From: Candidatus Hodarchaeota archaeon
GTDB lineage: Archaea > Asgardarchaeota > Heimdallarchaeia > Hodarchaeales > Hodarchaeaceae
Assembly: GCA_016839815.1 (NCBI GenBank)
Contig: JAEOTM010000047.1
Coordinates: 47,620-111,619 of the forward strand
Length of the DNA: 64,000 nucleotides
Direction of reading: 5' to 3'
The position numbers and the translations under genes are program-made. Positions within the stretch are counted from its first letter, which is position 1, and every line of letters starts with the position of its first letter. The notes beneath the pieces were generated by a model that was not told the DNA's origin, ran no database searches, and saw nothing but the letters and a program-made list of their open reading frames with translations. Below are positions 1 through 10,350 of this stretch, piece by piece.

Positions 1-467
1 TGTAATGCCTCTGATTGACTCCTACCCATAATCTGAGCAGTCCTCAGGATACGTTTTAGCGTAGAGTTTCTAGCAATTTGCATAACTTTTTTCCAGTATG
101 AATCGTCTTGTACAAGGTCAGAAGCCCAAATAAAATCTACATTTTTTAAATCCATACCAGTTAAACGCCATACTTCAATCAAATACTTACCAGTGGTCTG
201 AATGTTGTCCAAATTTCCCCCGAGTTTATTATTGGCCCATGCATGCCAATCAGCCACCAGCATTTTGAAACGAGCGCCTGCTTTAATCATTTTATTGACA
301 TTAGTTGCACGAAGAACACCCTGTGCAATGTGTACTTGGCCAGAAGGTTCGAATCCATCATAAGCTGTAAAGGTTTTCTTTGCTGTTAGAAGTTCCTCCA
401 ATTCCCCTTCTGTTACTATTTCCTCTCCCACAGTTTTTATCAAAGCCATTCTTTCTTTTATATCCAT
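1..467 (-). CDS. tyrS: Tyrosyl-tRNA synthetase, archaeal type (5' part; runs off the window edge)
   Basis: Manual translation MDIKERMALIKTVGEEIVTEGELEELL..AYDGFEPSGQVHIAQG..LVADWHAWANNKLGG: HIGH-like motif of archaeal TyrRS. GGTGA RBS upstream. Confidence 0.93.
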   Translation of the reverse strand, partial: MDIKERMALIKTVGEEIVTEGELEELLTAKKTFTAYDGFEPSGQVHIAQGVLRATNVNKMIKAGARFKMLVADWHAWANNKLGGNLDNIQTTGKYLIEVWRLTGMDLKNVDFIWASDLVQDDSYWKKVMQIARNSTLKRILRTAQIMGRSQSEAL

Positions 468-550
468 AATACTCACCAGAAATGAGTAGAAAACCTCTAC
501 TGAAGTTTATAATAAAAATACTCTAATAATGAATTTTTCTTGATATTAAC

Positions 551-1312
551 TTAACGCTTTTCTTGTGTGTCTTTCCATCGGTTCTCGCTTACTTTTTCTT
601 TCCTATTTCTTAATTTTTTTGCTGGAAGACCGATCCAAACCTCATTGGGAGGAATTTTTTGTCCCTTTATGACTCCTGATTTAGCTCCGAGGATAGAATT
701 GTCCCCAAATTCGACTCCGCAGGCTACTATACTGTAGGTACCCACCATACAGTTCTTTCCGACTTTAGTGGGACTAACTACAATGGAAGTACCTTCATTG
801 GCGTGTCCAGTCACTACTGAATTATATCCGATGAAAGAGTTGTCTCCTATCTCAACCAATCCTGCAGTTTCAATATATGTCCTTGTAGTAATGTAAACAT
901 TTTTACCAACTTTCAACCCATACAATCGCATCAATTGTGGGAATAGGAATATTCCCCATACAAACGGAAGGGCGGTATAAACTTTCAACATGGATTTGAA
1001 GATCCCATCAGCTGCAATCCTGACAGCAATTAATCGTCCTTGTGATGAATAACGAGGGTAAATTCCTGGCTTGATGAGGAAAGGGAGCGTTAATCTAACG
1101 ACAATTTGGGAATGAAACACTCCAAAAAAGAGGACAGTAAATGAATACGCTAAAAACAAATAAAGGGGAGAGAGAAGAAAGTGTATTAATCCTAAATCAG
1201 ATGTGGTGACAAGAAAATACACTAACCATCCTTCTGGAAAAAATGAAACAACCAATAGAATACAGGTAAGTGCAAAATACAGGACAATACGCAAATCATT
1301 TACTAATGACAT
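551..1312 (-). CDS. Membrane-associated hexapeptide-repeat (left-handed beta-helix) acyltransferase
   Basis: Hydrophobic N-terminus, repeats KVGKNVYI/EIGDNSFIG/KVGKNCMVG/EFGDNSILG and the ending WIGLPAK. Confidence 0.8.
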   Translation of the reverse strand: MSLVNDLRIVLYFALTCILLVVSFFPEGWLVYFLVTTSDLGLIHFLLSPLYLFLAYSFTVLFFGVFHSQIVVRLTLPFLIKPGIYPRYSSQGRLIAVRIAADGIFKSMLKVYTALPFVWGIFLFPQLMRLYGLKVGKNVYITTRTYIETAGLVEIGDNSFIGYNSVVTGHANEGTSIVVSPTKVGKNCMVGTYSIVACGVEFGDNSILGAKSGVIKGQKIPPNEVWIGLPAKKLRNRKEKVSENRWKDTQEKR

Positions 1313-1418
1313 ACTCGTATGCTTTAGAGAGGTAATTATATCTCTTCAGATATTTCACTCAACATCTACTTTTTAAGCGAAATCATTCTACATGATTCAT
1401 TATTCTTATTAGAGATGA

Positions 1419-3104
1419 TTGATGATGAAACTGCAAACGATTTTTCTGGAACTCGTATTAATTCTCAGTCTTTGTTCAATAGTATCAACAAATGCCTTTA
1501 ACAGGACTTATGTCAGTTCTATCCAAGTTCAGGGAAAAAATTTTTCTTCAACTACCTCAGCAATAGATGAAATCGAATTAAAATATCCAACAGGATATCA
1601 CAACTTGTCTCAAGTCTATGAAGAGTTAGAACATTTCAACAATTCAGCAGAAAAATTCATCAATTATACTAATATCGGGTTGTCATATAGAGAAAATCCC
1701 ATTCCATTAATTACGTTAACTAATGAAAAAATACCAAGCTATTCCAAAGGAAAGACATTTATCGTTGCACACCATCATGCTCGAGAATTTTGTACTATTG
1801 AACACGTTTTAAGAATGATCCGAGATTTACTAAATGAATATGGATCGGATAAATCGACAACCTTTCTTTTAGATCATTTTATTGTCTATATTATTGTCAC
1901 ATTGAATCCTGATGCATTGAACATTGCATTATATGAGAATGCTTATCAAAGAAAGACTACTCAACCCATTGATGAAGATGAAGATGGATTATTTGATGAG
2001 GATCCCCCCGAGGATGTTGATGGTGATGGTCGAATAAGTGAATATGTAACAGCCCGTAAAGGGGAATGGGATTGGGATAGATCGTTTGAAGGGATAGATA
2101 ATGATAATGATTCTTTAATCAATGAAGACCGTATTGGTGGAGTTGATCTCAATCGGAATTATCCATTTCATTGGAATGATAATACTACCGATAGTGGTTG
2201 GGGAAACGATTCATCTTCATTCACTTTTCCAGGTTACAGCCCTCTTTCTGAACCAGAATCACTCGCATTAACCACTTTTGTTGCCAAACACAATTTTACC
2301 CAATCTCTTAGCCTTCATTCAGGGACAAATACTTCATTATTAGGTTGGTCTTACACCAATGCTTCCCAAGCAGAAGCTTCACTCTATACAAATATATTGT
2401 ATTTCCTAGAACTACAAGAATTACTTCCAGATAGTTTTTTTTCTAAAGAAAACGAGCTAGACTATTCTACAGCAGGTGAATGGGGGGATTGGATGTACAC
2501 TACACAGAAATCTATTCCGATGACTTTAGAGATATATCATATGGCTGGAAGCGAACAGTGGTATTTTTATGAAGAAAATTCTACACATGAGACTTGGACT
2601 CGTAATACTATCTGCGAATACTTTAATCCTCCTGCCGAGAAACTCGATTCCCTTCACCAAGATCTAATGCCATTTGAAAAATATTGGATTAGTTTGACTC
2701 CTTCTATTGAATTTGAGGGATTTAGAAACGGGAGTATTTCAAAGGATATCTATCAAATAGGTATTATAGTAGCCACTGGATCGCAATTTTTCAATACAAC
2801 TGACAATCCTCGTATTATTGTATCTCCTTCACATTCTGATATCATAACGGATTATCCTCAAACAATACCCACTTTGCTCAGGAATTCTGATACTAATGTG
2901 AATATCCAATTAATTAAAAACATTCCACCAGGATTCTTTTTCGATCTAAATGTTACTTCTGAATGGGCAAGTGACCTTTATTTACGAGTTTATGTTAATG
3001 CTTCCCAAATAAAGAGTACTCAAGGAATAAACTACATCTTTGTCATAACTGGAATCGTTGTCGCTAACGTGCTACTAAAAAAGAAAAGAAAACTACAATA
3101 TTGA
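1419..3104 (+). CDS. Secreted, membrane-anchored M14 zinc carboxypeptidase
   Basis: Signal peptide, HHARE zinc motif, LNPD, GVDLNRNYP, SEPES, LSLHSG, DxDxDG-like acidic repeats, C-terminal TM helix plus KKKRK. Confidence 0.9.
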   Translation: MMMKLQTIFLELVLILSLCSIVSTNAFNRTYVSSIQVQGKNFSSTTSAIDEIELKYPTGYHNLSQVYEELEHFNNSAEKFINYTNIGLSYRENPIPLITLTNEKIPSYSKGKTFIVAHHHAREFCTIEHVLRMIRDLLNEYGSDKSTTFLLDHFIVYIIVTLNPDALNIALYENAYQRKTTQPIDEDEDGLFDEDPPEDVDGDGRISEYVTARKGEWDWDRSFEGIDNDNDSLINEDRIGGVDLNRNYPFHWNDNTTDSGWGNDSSSFTFPGYSPLSEPESLALTTFVAKHNFTQSLSLHSGTNTSLLGWSYTNASQAEASLYTNILYFLELQELLPDSFFSKENELDYSTAGEWGDWMYTTQKSIPMTLEIYHMAGSEQWYFYEENSTHETWTRNTICEYFNPPAEKLDSLHQDLMPFEKYWISLTPSIEFEGFRNGSISKDIYQIGIIVATGSQFFNTTDNPRIIVSPSHSDIITDYPQTIPTLLRNSDTNVNIQLIKNIPPGFFFDLNVTSEWASDLYLRVYVNASQIKSTQGINYIFVITGIVVANVLLKKKRKLQY

Positions 3105-4076
3105 TTATCTATTGATTTCTCCTGGAAGATAGAAATTATAGGTTTTTCCAAGCATACGGGTCTGTAAGTAACGATCGATTCTTCGTGCGGTCTGGAAAAC
3201 AACCCAAATTTGTTTATCACCTAGAAAACCGTTATAATACCTATCAACTTCTTTATAGGTTATTGGTTCAATATCTAAATCTGAAACCTCAGTTAGGAAG
3301 AAATTATTTACAAGTTTAAGTAAGCCTGGGATCAGCTCAGCTTTCTGCTCTTTGAAAAAATTGGCTATTAGATCAATAGTTACTAATCGGAAGTCGTAAT
3401 ACCGATCAACAACTTCATCTAGGAACAAAGCTTCCAATGCCCATCTTAAGAATGAAGGAGCACTTTTTAAAAAGAGGATTGGTTCCATTGCGTCAATACC
3501 ATAAATACGTATCATTGGAGTACTTGTATCCAGATAAAAGAGTTCTGTTGAATCAGAGATGTTAGGATCTTCAGCGTTATACCCACGTACAGCCCAATTC
3601 GAGATTTGTCCATCAATTCCGACTTGAAATTTTCGAGAACTTTTGTTAAAAAACCAGATTTTTGATAGTTGTCGCATTATCAGATGTAGTAACGCGTAGA
3701 TTTCCTTTTGACTTATCGAATGGTGGATAATCGCGTTCCCGATAGATTGCGGATCAATTTTTTGTTGTGCACAATAGAGTACAATTGATCCATCTTTTGA
3801 CTTTAACCAGTAGGAAGCTTCAGAAGGGACTTCAATTCCAATTTTCGTCAAGATTTGATGATAAATTTCATATGCACGTACATGCCTTTTTACCTGTTTT
3901 TCAGTATCGAATATAGGCAATCTCTTATATGCAATAGAATCAGTAGAACTCTTAAATTCAAAAACTAAACTTATCTCACCATAACCCAATATTCCTATGG
4001 GAACAACCCCTTTTTCAGGATGTAGTGTATTAATAGTTTTTTCAAAATCCTGAATTTGGGTTATATCAATCTTCAT
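3105..4076 (-). CDS. DUF6206-like protein (kinase-like uncharacterised family)
   Basis: Motifs LGYGEISLV, AYKRLPIF, GIDGQISNW, YLDTSTP. Confidence 0.7.
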   Translation of the reverse strand: MKIDITQIQDFEKTINTLHPEKGVVPIGILGYGEISLVFEFKSSTDSIAYKRLPIFDTEKQVKRHVRAYEIYHQILTKIGIEVPSEASYWLKSKDGSIVLYCAQQKIDPQSIGNAIIHHSISQKEIYALLHLIMRQLSKIWFFNKSSRKFQVGIDGQISNWAVRGYNAEDPNISDSTELFYLDTSTPMIRIYGIDAMEPILFLKSAPSFLRWALEALFLDEVVDRYYDFRLVTIDLIANFFKEQKAELIPGLLKLVNNFFLTEVSDLDIEPITYKEVDRYYNGFLGDKQIWVVFQTARRIDRYLQTRMLGKTYNFYLPGEINR

Positions 4077-4233
4077 GACGGAACCACAGAACCTTAGACT
4101 AAGTGATAACTTTGAAGATTGGTCACCAGATAAAAGTGTTTATATCAATTCAGAGAATTCCTTTTACATCTATTGGTCAAATGATCCAATTCTTTATAAT
4201 TATTAGGAGTTCTCCTATTTTTTAGATTTTAAT

Positions 4234-4872
4234 ATGACCCAACCCATAATTTCGTATTTTGGACAATCCTGCTTTCTATTGGAATTCGAATCTACAAAAA
4301 TACTTATTGATCCTGGGAATAAGAAGCTTGGGAAGATAGAAGCTGATATCGTTTATTCCACTCACAGTCATTTCGACCATGCCTCTGGAATAAATGAATT
4401 TTTAGATTTCAATAAAGAATCTGCGATATTCATTAGTAATAAAGAAGTAACAAAGAAGTACACGGAATGGGGTAGTCGGGTGAAGACAATTGAAGACGGA
4501 ACCCAATTAAATATTGGAGAATTAACTCTTGAATTCATTTATGCCCGTCACGGTATCTTTAAAGGTGAACTAAATCTAGGAATCGTAATAAGCACTCCTA
4601 CATTCAAGTTTGGTCATGTAGGAGATGGTGTTTCATTCCAAGGATTTCGCAAAAAAAAACTTGATATCTTAGCTGTACCAATCAGTGGTTTATTTGCTGC
4701 TTCACCCAATCGTGTTCTTCAGGAATTACCCTCTTTTGAGGAACCATTACCTACTATTATACCAATGCACTGGTTATTTAGATCTCCAAAGAAATTTTGC
4801 AAAAAACTATCCAAAGAATTTCCTCAAATAAAGTGTATCGTTCCTAAGAAAGAAGAAATTGTATCTTATTAA
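4234..4872 (+). CDS. Metallo-beta-lactamase-fold hydrolase (UPF0173-like)
   Basis: GQSCF, LIDP, THSHFDHA, HVGD, IPMHW. Confidence 0.88.
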   Translation: MTQPIISYFGQSCFLLEFESTKILIDPGNKKLGKIEADIVYSTHSHFDHASGINEFLDFNKESAIFISNKEVTKKYTEWGSRVKTIEDGTQLNIGELTLEFIYARHGIFKGELNLGIVISTPTFKFGHVGDGVSFQGFRKKKLDILAVPISGLFAASPNRVLQELPSFEEPLPTIIPMHWLFRSPKKFCKKLSKEFPQIKCIVPKKEEIVSY

Positions 4873-4887
4873 GATGGAGAAGATAAT

Positions 4888-5664
4888 ATGCGTATTCAAT
4901 TAGTTTTAAACGTATGGGAGAGTAAAGCGTTCATTGCGAAGGCAATAATGAATCATCCTGACATTCAGGAGTATTTAGCAACTGGTACTATTGCAATCGG
5001 AAGAGGTATAACTAATGCATTTATTTTACGCGAATTTCTAAGCGCTACAGAAAATTCAGATTTTGATATTGATATAGATAATTATGTTGCTGGAGTAATT
5101 GATGGATCGTTATGGGTTTCGCACCCAGATACACGCACACCCGAAGTTGTATTTCGTCAAGGAAAGCCCAGTATAGAACCAATTGCTCAATCAGTAGAAT
5201 CATGTGACCTGATAATTAAGGGGGGAAATGCATTAGGTTCCGACTGGGTAGCAGGAGTCTTATGTGCACATCCACAAGGAGGAACAATAGGCTCTGTATA
5301 TTCAATAGCCCTTTCAAGAGGCATTAAGATACTTGTACCAATATCTATCCAAAAAACAATTCCGCTAGCTATTACTGAAATAATATCAGAACTTGGTGGA
5401 CAGAATAATATTGATTATGCGAGGGGATTGCCAGTAAGTTTGTTTCCAATTATAGGGGGTGAAATATTCTCGGAAATTGAAGCGATAGATACGGTAGCAA
5501 CAGTAAATGCCTATCCAATTGCTGCGGGAGGGGTATATGAGGGTGCAGGATCGTCTGTATTTGAGATTTCTGGTCCAGATACTGAAGTAGAAAAGGTCAA
5601 GAAATTATTCAATAAGATAAAAGATACTAAACCATTAAATGTGAATCTAAAACCCCATTCATAA
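4888..5664 (+). CDS. Conserved hypothetical protein (possibly NagB/RpiA/CoA-transferase-like fold)
   Basis: 258-aa ORF in a tight operon, with GRGITNAFI, IIKGGNAL, GGTIG and AAGGVYEGAG motifs. Confidence 0.55.
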   Translation: MRIQLVLNVWESKAFIAKAIMNHPDIQEYLATGTIAIGRGITNAFILREFLSATENSDFDIDIDNYVAGVIDGSLWVSHPDTRTPEVVFRQGKPSIEPIAQSVESCDLIIKGGNALGSDWVAGVLCAHPQGGTIGSVYSIALSRGIKILVPISIQKTIPLAITEIISELGGQNNIDYARGLPVSLFPIIGGEIFSEIEAIDTVATVNAYPIAAGGVYEGAGSSVFEISGPDTEVEKVKKLFNKIKDTKPLNVNLKPHS

Positions 5665-5679
5665 AGAAGTGAACAATGG

Positions 5680-6618
5680 ATGAAGAAATACTCCTACGTT
5701 ACCCGATATGAAAAAAATCCGATTTTAACTAAGGAAGACATTCCATATCAAGTTGAAACCGTTCATAATGCAGGAGTTACTAAATATAATGGTAAGTATA
5801 TTATGATCTTTAGATCCCACTTAAGGACTGGAAGATCAATCATAGGGTTAGCTGAAAGTAAAAACGGTTTTGATTTCGATGTAAGCGAAGATCCGTTTAT
5901 GATTCCTTCTCAACAACCTTTTTTCAAAGATTACGAAGAATATGGTGTTGAAGATCCAAGAATTTCTCAAATTGGAGATGAATACTACATCACATACTCT
6001 GCCTACTCGAAATTTGGTGTTAGAATTGGATTAGCTAAAACTCAGGATTTTCAATCAGTGGAACGAATAGCATTTATAACACAATCAGATTACAGAAATA
6101 CTGTTATTTTTCCAGAGATAATTAATAATGAATACATTAAACTAGATAGACCTCATTCTGATATTAGTCCTTGGAGTATTTGGATAAGTTACTCCCCCGA
6201 TTTAATTCACTGGGGGAAATCTAAAGTTATTATGAAACCAGTAATTTATCACTGGGATGAGATGAAAATAGGAGCAGGAGCCCCTCCAATAAAAACAAAA
6301 AAAGGATGGTTAAATATTTATCATGGTGTATTTCCAACAATGGACGGTTCAATCTATCGATTAGGGGTGGCTTTACATGATTTGAAAGATCCTTCAAAAT
6401 TACTCGGAATCAGTGATGAATGGATTTTACAACCAGAAGATCCGTGGGAAGTCACAGGGTATGTTCATAATGTAGTTTTTAGTTGTGGGGCAGTTCCTGA
6501 ACCCAATGGAGAAGTAAAGATTTATTGGGGAGGAGCAGATACAGTTATGTGCGTTGGGACTGCGAAAATTGACGCATTGGTTAATTTATGTCTTTCTAAA
6601 TCACGTGATCCCTACTAG
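5680..6618 (+). CDS. Glycoside hydrolase family 130 (beta-mannoside phosphorylase/glycosidase)
   Basis: RYEKNPIL, HNAG, GVEDPRI, RNTVIFPE, KIGAGAPPIKT, WLNIYHGV, GYVHNVVFSCG, YWGGADT. Confidence 0.92.
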   Translation: MKKYSYVTRYEKNPILTKEDIPYQVETVHNAGVTKYNGKYIMIFRSHLRTGRSIIGLAESKNGFDFDVSEDPFMIPSQQPFFKDYEEYGVEDPRISQIGDEYYITYSAYSKFGVRIGLAKTQDFQSVERIAFITQSDYRNTVIFPEIINNEYIKLDRPHSDISPWSIWISYSPDLIHWGKSKVIMKPVIYHWDEMKIGAGAPPIKTKKGWLNIYHGVFPTMDGSIYRLGVALHDLKDPSKLLGISDEWILQPEDPWEVTGYVHNVVFSCGAVPEPNGEVKIYWGGADTVMCVGTAKIDALVNLCLSKSRDPY

Positions 6619-6622
6619 ATAC

Positions 6623-7303
6623 TTAACAGAATCTAGAGAGATCTAATTCAGAAAAAGAATCTATTATAAGATCTGCCTCTTCAAGTTTTTTTCTAGGAAA
6701 AGAAGTTGTTATTGCAATGACATGCATTCCTGCTTGATTTGCAGCACTAATACCATGAGGGGCGTCTTCAATTGCGACACATTCTGAAGGAGAAACATTA
6801 AGCTTTTCCGCAGCATTCAAGAAAATATCGGGAAAAGGTTTACTCCGTATACCAGGTTCAGCTCCTGCAATAGAATCAAATTCATTTTCTAGAGATACTT
6901 GTTGAAGATTAAAGGTTATTTTCTTAAGTGTACCAGAAGAAGCTACTCCAATTTTCCATTTAAGATCACGAGCTTGCTTAATAATCAGATCAATACCCGA
7001 GACTCTTTTTAACTTATTTTCTGCTATTTCTAAGTATACTTCGTCTTTCAATCTCATCAGATATTGGATTTTTTCTTCAGTACCACTTAAATTAAATGTT
7101 TTGAAGTAATAATCTACTGAAGCTCTTGAAGTACCCCCCAAAATTTCCTCGTAATTCGTCCCAATATCCACACCATATTCCTGCTCAAATACGATATTCC
7201 ATGCCCCGCAACTTAATGGTTCTGAATCTACAATTACTCCATCACAATCTAGAATTAATGCCTTTATGGGTTTATCAAAACTAGAGGAAAGGTGGTTTCT
7301 CAT
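6623..7303 (-). CDS. HAD-family phosphatase (beta-phosphoglucomutase/CbbY-like)
   Basis: DCDGVIVDSE motif I, VASS, KPFPDIF, IEDAPHG. Confidence 0.9.
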   Translation of the reverse strand: MRNHLSSSFDKPIKALILDCDGVIVDSEPLSCGAWNIVFEQEYGVDIGTNYEEILGGTSRASVDYYFKTFNLSGTEEKIQYLMRLKDEVYLEIAENKLKRVSGIDLIIKQARDLKWKIGVASSGTLKKITFNLQQVSLENEFDSIAGAEPGIRSKPFPDIFLNAAEKLNVSPSECVAIEDAPHGISAANQAGMHVIAITTSFPRKKLEEADLIIDSFSELDLSRFC

Positions 7304-7319
7304 GCAAATAGAAAATTAT

Positions 7320-8600
7320 TTAGAGATTCATTAATGCTGTGGTTATCCTTTCAAGAATCTCGGTAATTTGGTTTTCAGAAATGATTAGGGGAGGTAGGAA
7401 TTTGCTTGTGGCTTTATGATTTCCGCAATAATCACAAAATACCCCATTTCTTACAGAACTTAATACAAAATAGAGTGAGGTAAAATCATCAATGAATTCG
7501 ACTCCCCACATTAGGCCTCTTCCTCTCACATCCACTATTTTATCAGAAAAGTCATTTTTTAGCTTATTTAGACCTTGACCAAATAGTTTTCCGACATTCT
7601 CCACATGGGCTAAGAATGACGGGGTTGATATAATATCCAACATTTTTCGAGTAATATAACATCCTAATTCCGATCCTCCTGTCGTACTGATATGTAAAAA
7701 TGGATCTTCCTCAAATACTGACTCTAATTCAGGGATGTAACTAGTTGTTGACAAAGGATAAACTCCTGAACTCATCCCTTTTGCTAGCACCATAATATCA
7801 GGGACAACCTGTTCCTTATCGTATAGGCCCCCATAGATTCCCCACATCTTCCCTGTCCTTCCCAGCCCTGTTTGTACTTCATCAGCAATCATTACGACAT
7901 TTTTATCATCACAAAGCTCACGAACTTCCCGAAAATAGCCTTCAGGAGGAATTAAAATTCCTCCAGTTGCAGGAATGGTTTCAAAGAGTACACATGCAGT
8001 TTCTTCATCCATAACTTCCCTTAGTGCATTTATATCTGCAAATGGAACCTGTAAAAAGTCAGGTGAATCCCAGAAGAATGGATCCTTAAAACTTGGGGCA
8101 CATGCTCCAAGAGCAAATCCTGTTACTCCGTGATAAGCCCTTTTTGCCGAAATTATCTTTTTTCGCTTTGTAAATGCCCTTGAAAGTTTAATCGCTAGAT
8201 CGATTGCTTCACCACCTCCCACAGAAAACATAGTTTTCGAGATTCTACCAGGTAAGAGATCAGCTAGTTGTTTAGCCAATAGAGCTCGTTGTTCGCTCAA
8301 TAAGTGATGATCCCCTATATCAAGACCTAGATTTAAACCTTCTTTTAATGCAGCATTAATCTCGGGATGATGGTGTCCCAAATTAAAGACACCTCCACTC
8401 GTATGACAATCTATCAATTCTAAGGGGCCATTACCATCCTCTCCCTCAAGCATATGTATTTTAATTCCTTCTCGTTTAGCTTGAATCAATCCTAAGCCAA
8501 TTTGAGTGAAAAAAGAAGCCTTCGGCTCTGATACATACTTCGCATACAAATCTACCAATGATTTTTGATCTTTGGTTCCAAAAACCTTTTTCTGATGCAT
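7320..8600 (-). CDS. Class III PLP-dependent aminotransferase (ArgD/PatA-like)
   Basis: FNLGHHHP, GGEAIDLAIKL, AYHG, IADEVQTGLGRTG, PDIMVLAKG, VRGRGLMWG. Confidence 0.9.
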   Translation of the reverse strand: MHQKKVFGTKDQKSLVDLYAKYVSEPKASFFTQIGLGLIQAKREGIKIHMLEGEDGNGPLELIDCHTSGGVFNLGHHHPEINAALKEGLNLGLDIGDHHLLSEQRALLAKQLADLLPGRISKTMFSVGGGEAIDLAIKLSRAFTKRKKIISAKRAYHGVTGFALGACAPSFKDPFFWDSPDFLQVPFADINALREVMDEETACVLFETIPATGGILIPPEGYFREVRELCDDKNVVMIADEVQTGLGRTGKMWGIYGGLYDKEQVVPDIMVLAKGMSSGVYPLSTTSYIPELESVFEEDPFLHISTTGGSELGCYITRKMLDIISTPSFLAHVENVGKLFGQGLNKLKNDFSDKIVDVRGRGLMWGVEFIDDFTSLYFVLSSVRNGVFCDYCGNHKATSKFLPPLIISENQITEILERITTALMNL

Positions 8601-8653
8601 AGAACTTTACTTCGTGACCTCCAAATAAAAATCTATTGAAGTCAATGATGAGC

Positions 8654-9613
8654 CTAGAAATAGGTAGCCAATAGGGTTGGGGAGTACAATAATCCAAAAA
8701 TAACTGCCCCCCCACCACTAGTAATCATAATAGTTCTGTATAATAACAAAGCACCTTCTTGATCCTGTCTTCTTAATAAATTGAAAACAGCAACGATTTC
8801 AATTATACCCAGTAAAAAAGGAGTCCAATTCGCGATTAAAAGGTTATTATTCATTAAATAAATGTTTAAAAGTACCAATAGCAATACTCGAACAAGTACC
8901 ACTCCTGCAGTTAATTTTATTGCTTTGGATCTCCCAAGAAACACAACTGTTGTCTTATCCCCAACCGTTTGATCGGTTTCAATGTCTATCAACATTGTAG
9001 GTAGATGTATTCCCATAACTAGTATAAAATTAAGTAGAATACCAAGGCCAACTAAGTCCAACTCAACAAATGTAGTTGGACCTAGTAATCCAACGTATAT
9101 GGGAATAAAAACCCCGATTATTACGAGTGTATCTAAGATATCCAAGATAGGACGAGATTTTAATTTGAAGGGAGGAACTGAATATAAAACTGAACCAATT
9201 ATTCCAATTAAGCAGGCTAAAATTAATAAGAGAATTTTAGAGACCGTTCTGCTATTCGGAACTAGTAAAAGATTGAAAGGAACTAATAAGATCCAGATCA
9301 GTATAGTCCATGAAAGTATCTGCACTTTTTGTAGTGGATTTGATTCACCAAGAGGATTTCGGAGAGATAAACCACGTGGATTTATAGAATCGCTTTCTCG
9401 ATCATAATATCCATTTAAGCTGAAATGACCTAAACTGAAGAGAAAAATGGATAGAGAACTGGAGATCAATGAGTTAACTGGAAGTCGATATAAGAGAGCG
9501 ATCATAAGGGCTACTTGGGAAAAAATAAATCCCCATTCAGGGCGGGATACCAATAAAAGATACCAAGAATATTCTTTGACTCTAACTAATCGATTCGTTT
9601 CTGATTTCATCAA
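8654..9613 (-). CDS. UbiA-family prenyltransferase
   Basis: SRP, NGYYDRESD, LYSVPPFKLK, DIETDQTVGDKT and multiple TM helices. Confidence 0.85.
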   Translation of the reverse strand: MMKSETNRLVRVKEYSWYLLLVSRPEWGFIFSQVALMIALLYRLPVNSLISSSLSIFLFSLGHFSLNGYYDRESDSINPRGLSLRNPLGESNPLQKVQILSWTILIWILLVPFNLLLVPNSRTVSKILLLILACLIGIIGSVLYSVPPFKLKSRPILDILDTLVIIGVFIPIYVGLLGPTTFVELDLVGLGILLNFILVMGIHLPTMLIDIETDQTVGDKTTVVFLGRSKAIKLTAGVVLVRVLLLVLLNIYLMNNNLLIANWTPFLLGIIEIVAVFNLLRRQDQEGALLLYRTIMITSGGGAVIFGLLYSPTLLATYF

Positions 9614-9708
9614 ATAATTCTGGAAAGATTTTCTTTAAATTTAATATTGCTAATCAATGAAAGTTCAAAAGATAATCGTAAGATATCATTTTGTGGCCAG
9701 ACACAAAT

Positions 9709-9769
9709 ATTTATAATGTCATACATGTTTATCTTGTCATACCGTCATACAAGTCAAAGCGATGACTTG
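9709..9769 (+). promoter_or_regulatory. Putative promoter with operator array upstream of the RHH gene pair
   Basis: TTTATAA TATA-like box, then GTCATAC at 9718, 9736 and 9744, and a perfect inverted repeat CAAGTCA-N6-TGACTTG (9750-9769). Confidence 0.55.
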
Positions 9770-9790
9770 AAAAACCGATTGGTGAAAAAA

Positions 9791-10330
9791 ATGTCAGAAT
9801 ACGATGATTGGTCAGATAAGGAAATAAGCGACTTGAAAAAGATGAAAAATGTAACGATACGTGGAATCGACTCGGAAATCTATGATGAATTCTCTTCTTC
9901 CATTAAGTCCCTCAAAATGAACATTGGAGAAGCTATCACGCAGATGATGCAAGATGTAATGGAAGATTTTGGTGAGACATTTCCTAATTTGACCGCTAAA
10001 GGATCACTAGGTAAAATGAGGAAAGATCGCATTTCCATTAATGCTCTTGATACCTTGAGAGTATCCAAGAAGGATTTGGAAGAAGCAGGTGCAGAAATCA
10101 GATTTTCTCACGTAACCAAATTAATCTTTGAACCTGATGTGGATTTAACTACCTTTAACAAGTATGTTCGAGGAATTTCGCATTGTGATTATGTAAAAAT
10201 TCCCGCTTTTCTTCCAAAGCTTGTTTTATTGTCGAAAACTCAGTATTGTGGTAAAGTTGAATCATATCCCGTGGAAGAATCTGCTAAAATGACCGCAAAG
10301 TCGTTTCATGACTCATATGAAGAAGAATAA
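9791..10330 (+). CDS. Putative ribbon-helix-helix DNA-binding protein with conserved C-terminal domain (paralogue 1)
   Basis: NVTIRGIDSEIYDEFSSSIKSLKMNIGEAITQMM fits an RHH pattern. Start moved to ATG 9791, which follows a GGTGA RBS. Confidence 0.6.
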   Translation: MSEYDDWSDKEISDLKKMKNVTIRGIDSEIYDEFSSSIKSLKMNIGEAITQMMQDVMEDFGETFPNLTAKGSLGKMRKDRISINALDTLRVSKKDLEEAGAEIRFSHVTKLIFEPDVDLTTFNKYVRGISHCDYVKIPAFLPKLVLLSKTQYCGKVESYPVEESAKMTAKSFHDSYEEE

Positions 10331-10350
10331 GAGAAATTCTCCTCAGAGAG

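Noticed and set aside
9647-9790. N-terminal extension of the ORF-track call 9647..10330
   Set aside because: It spans the TATA-like box and operator repeats. ATG 9791 with a GGTGA RBS is the better start.
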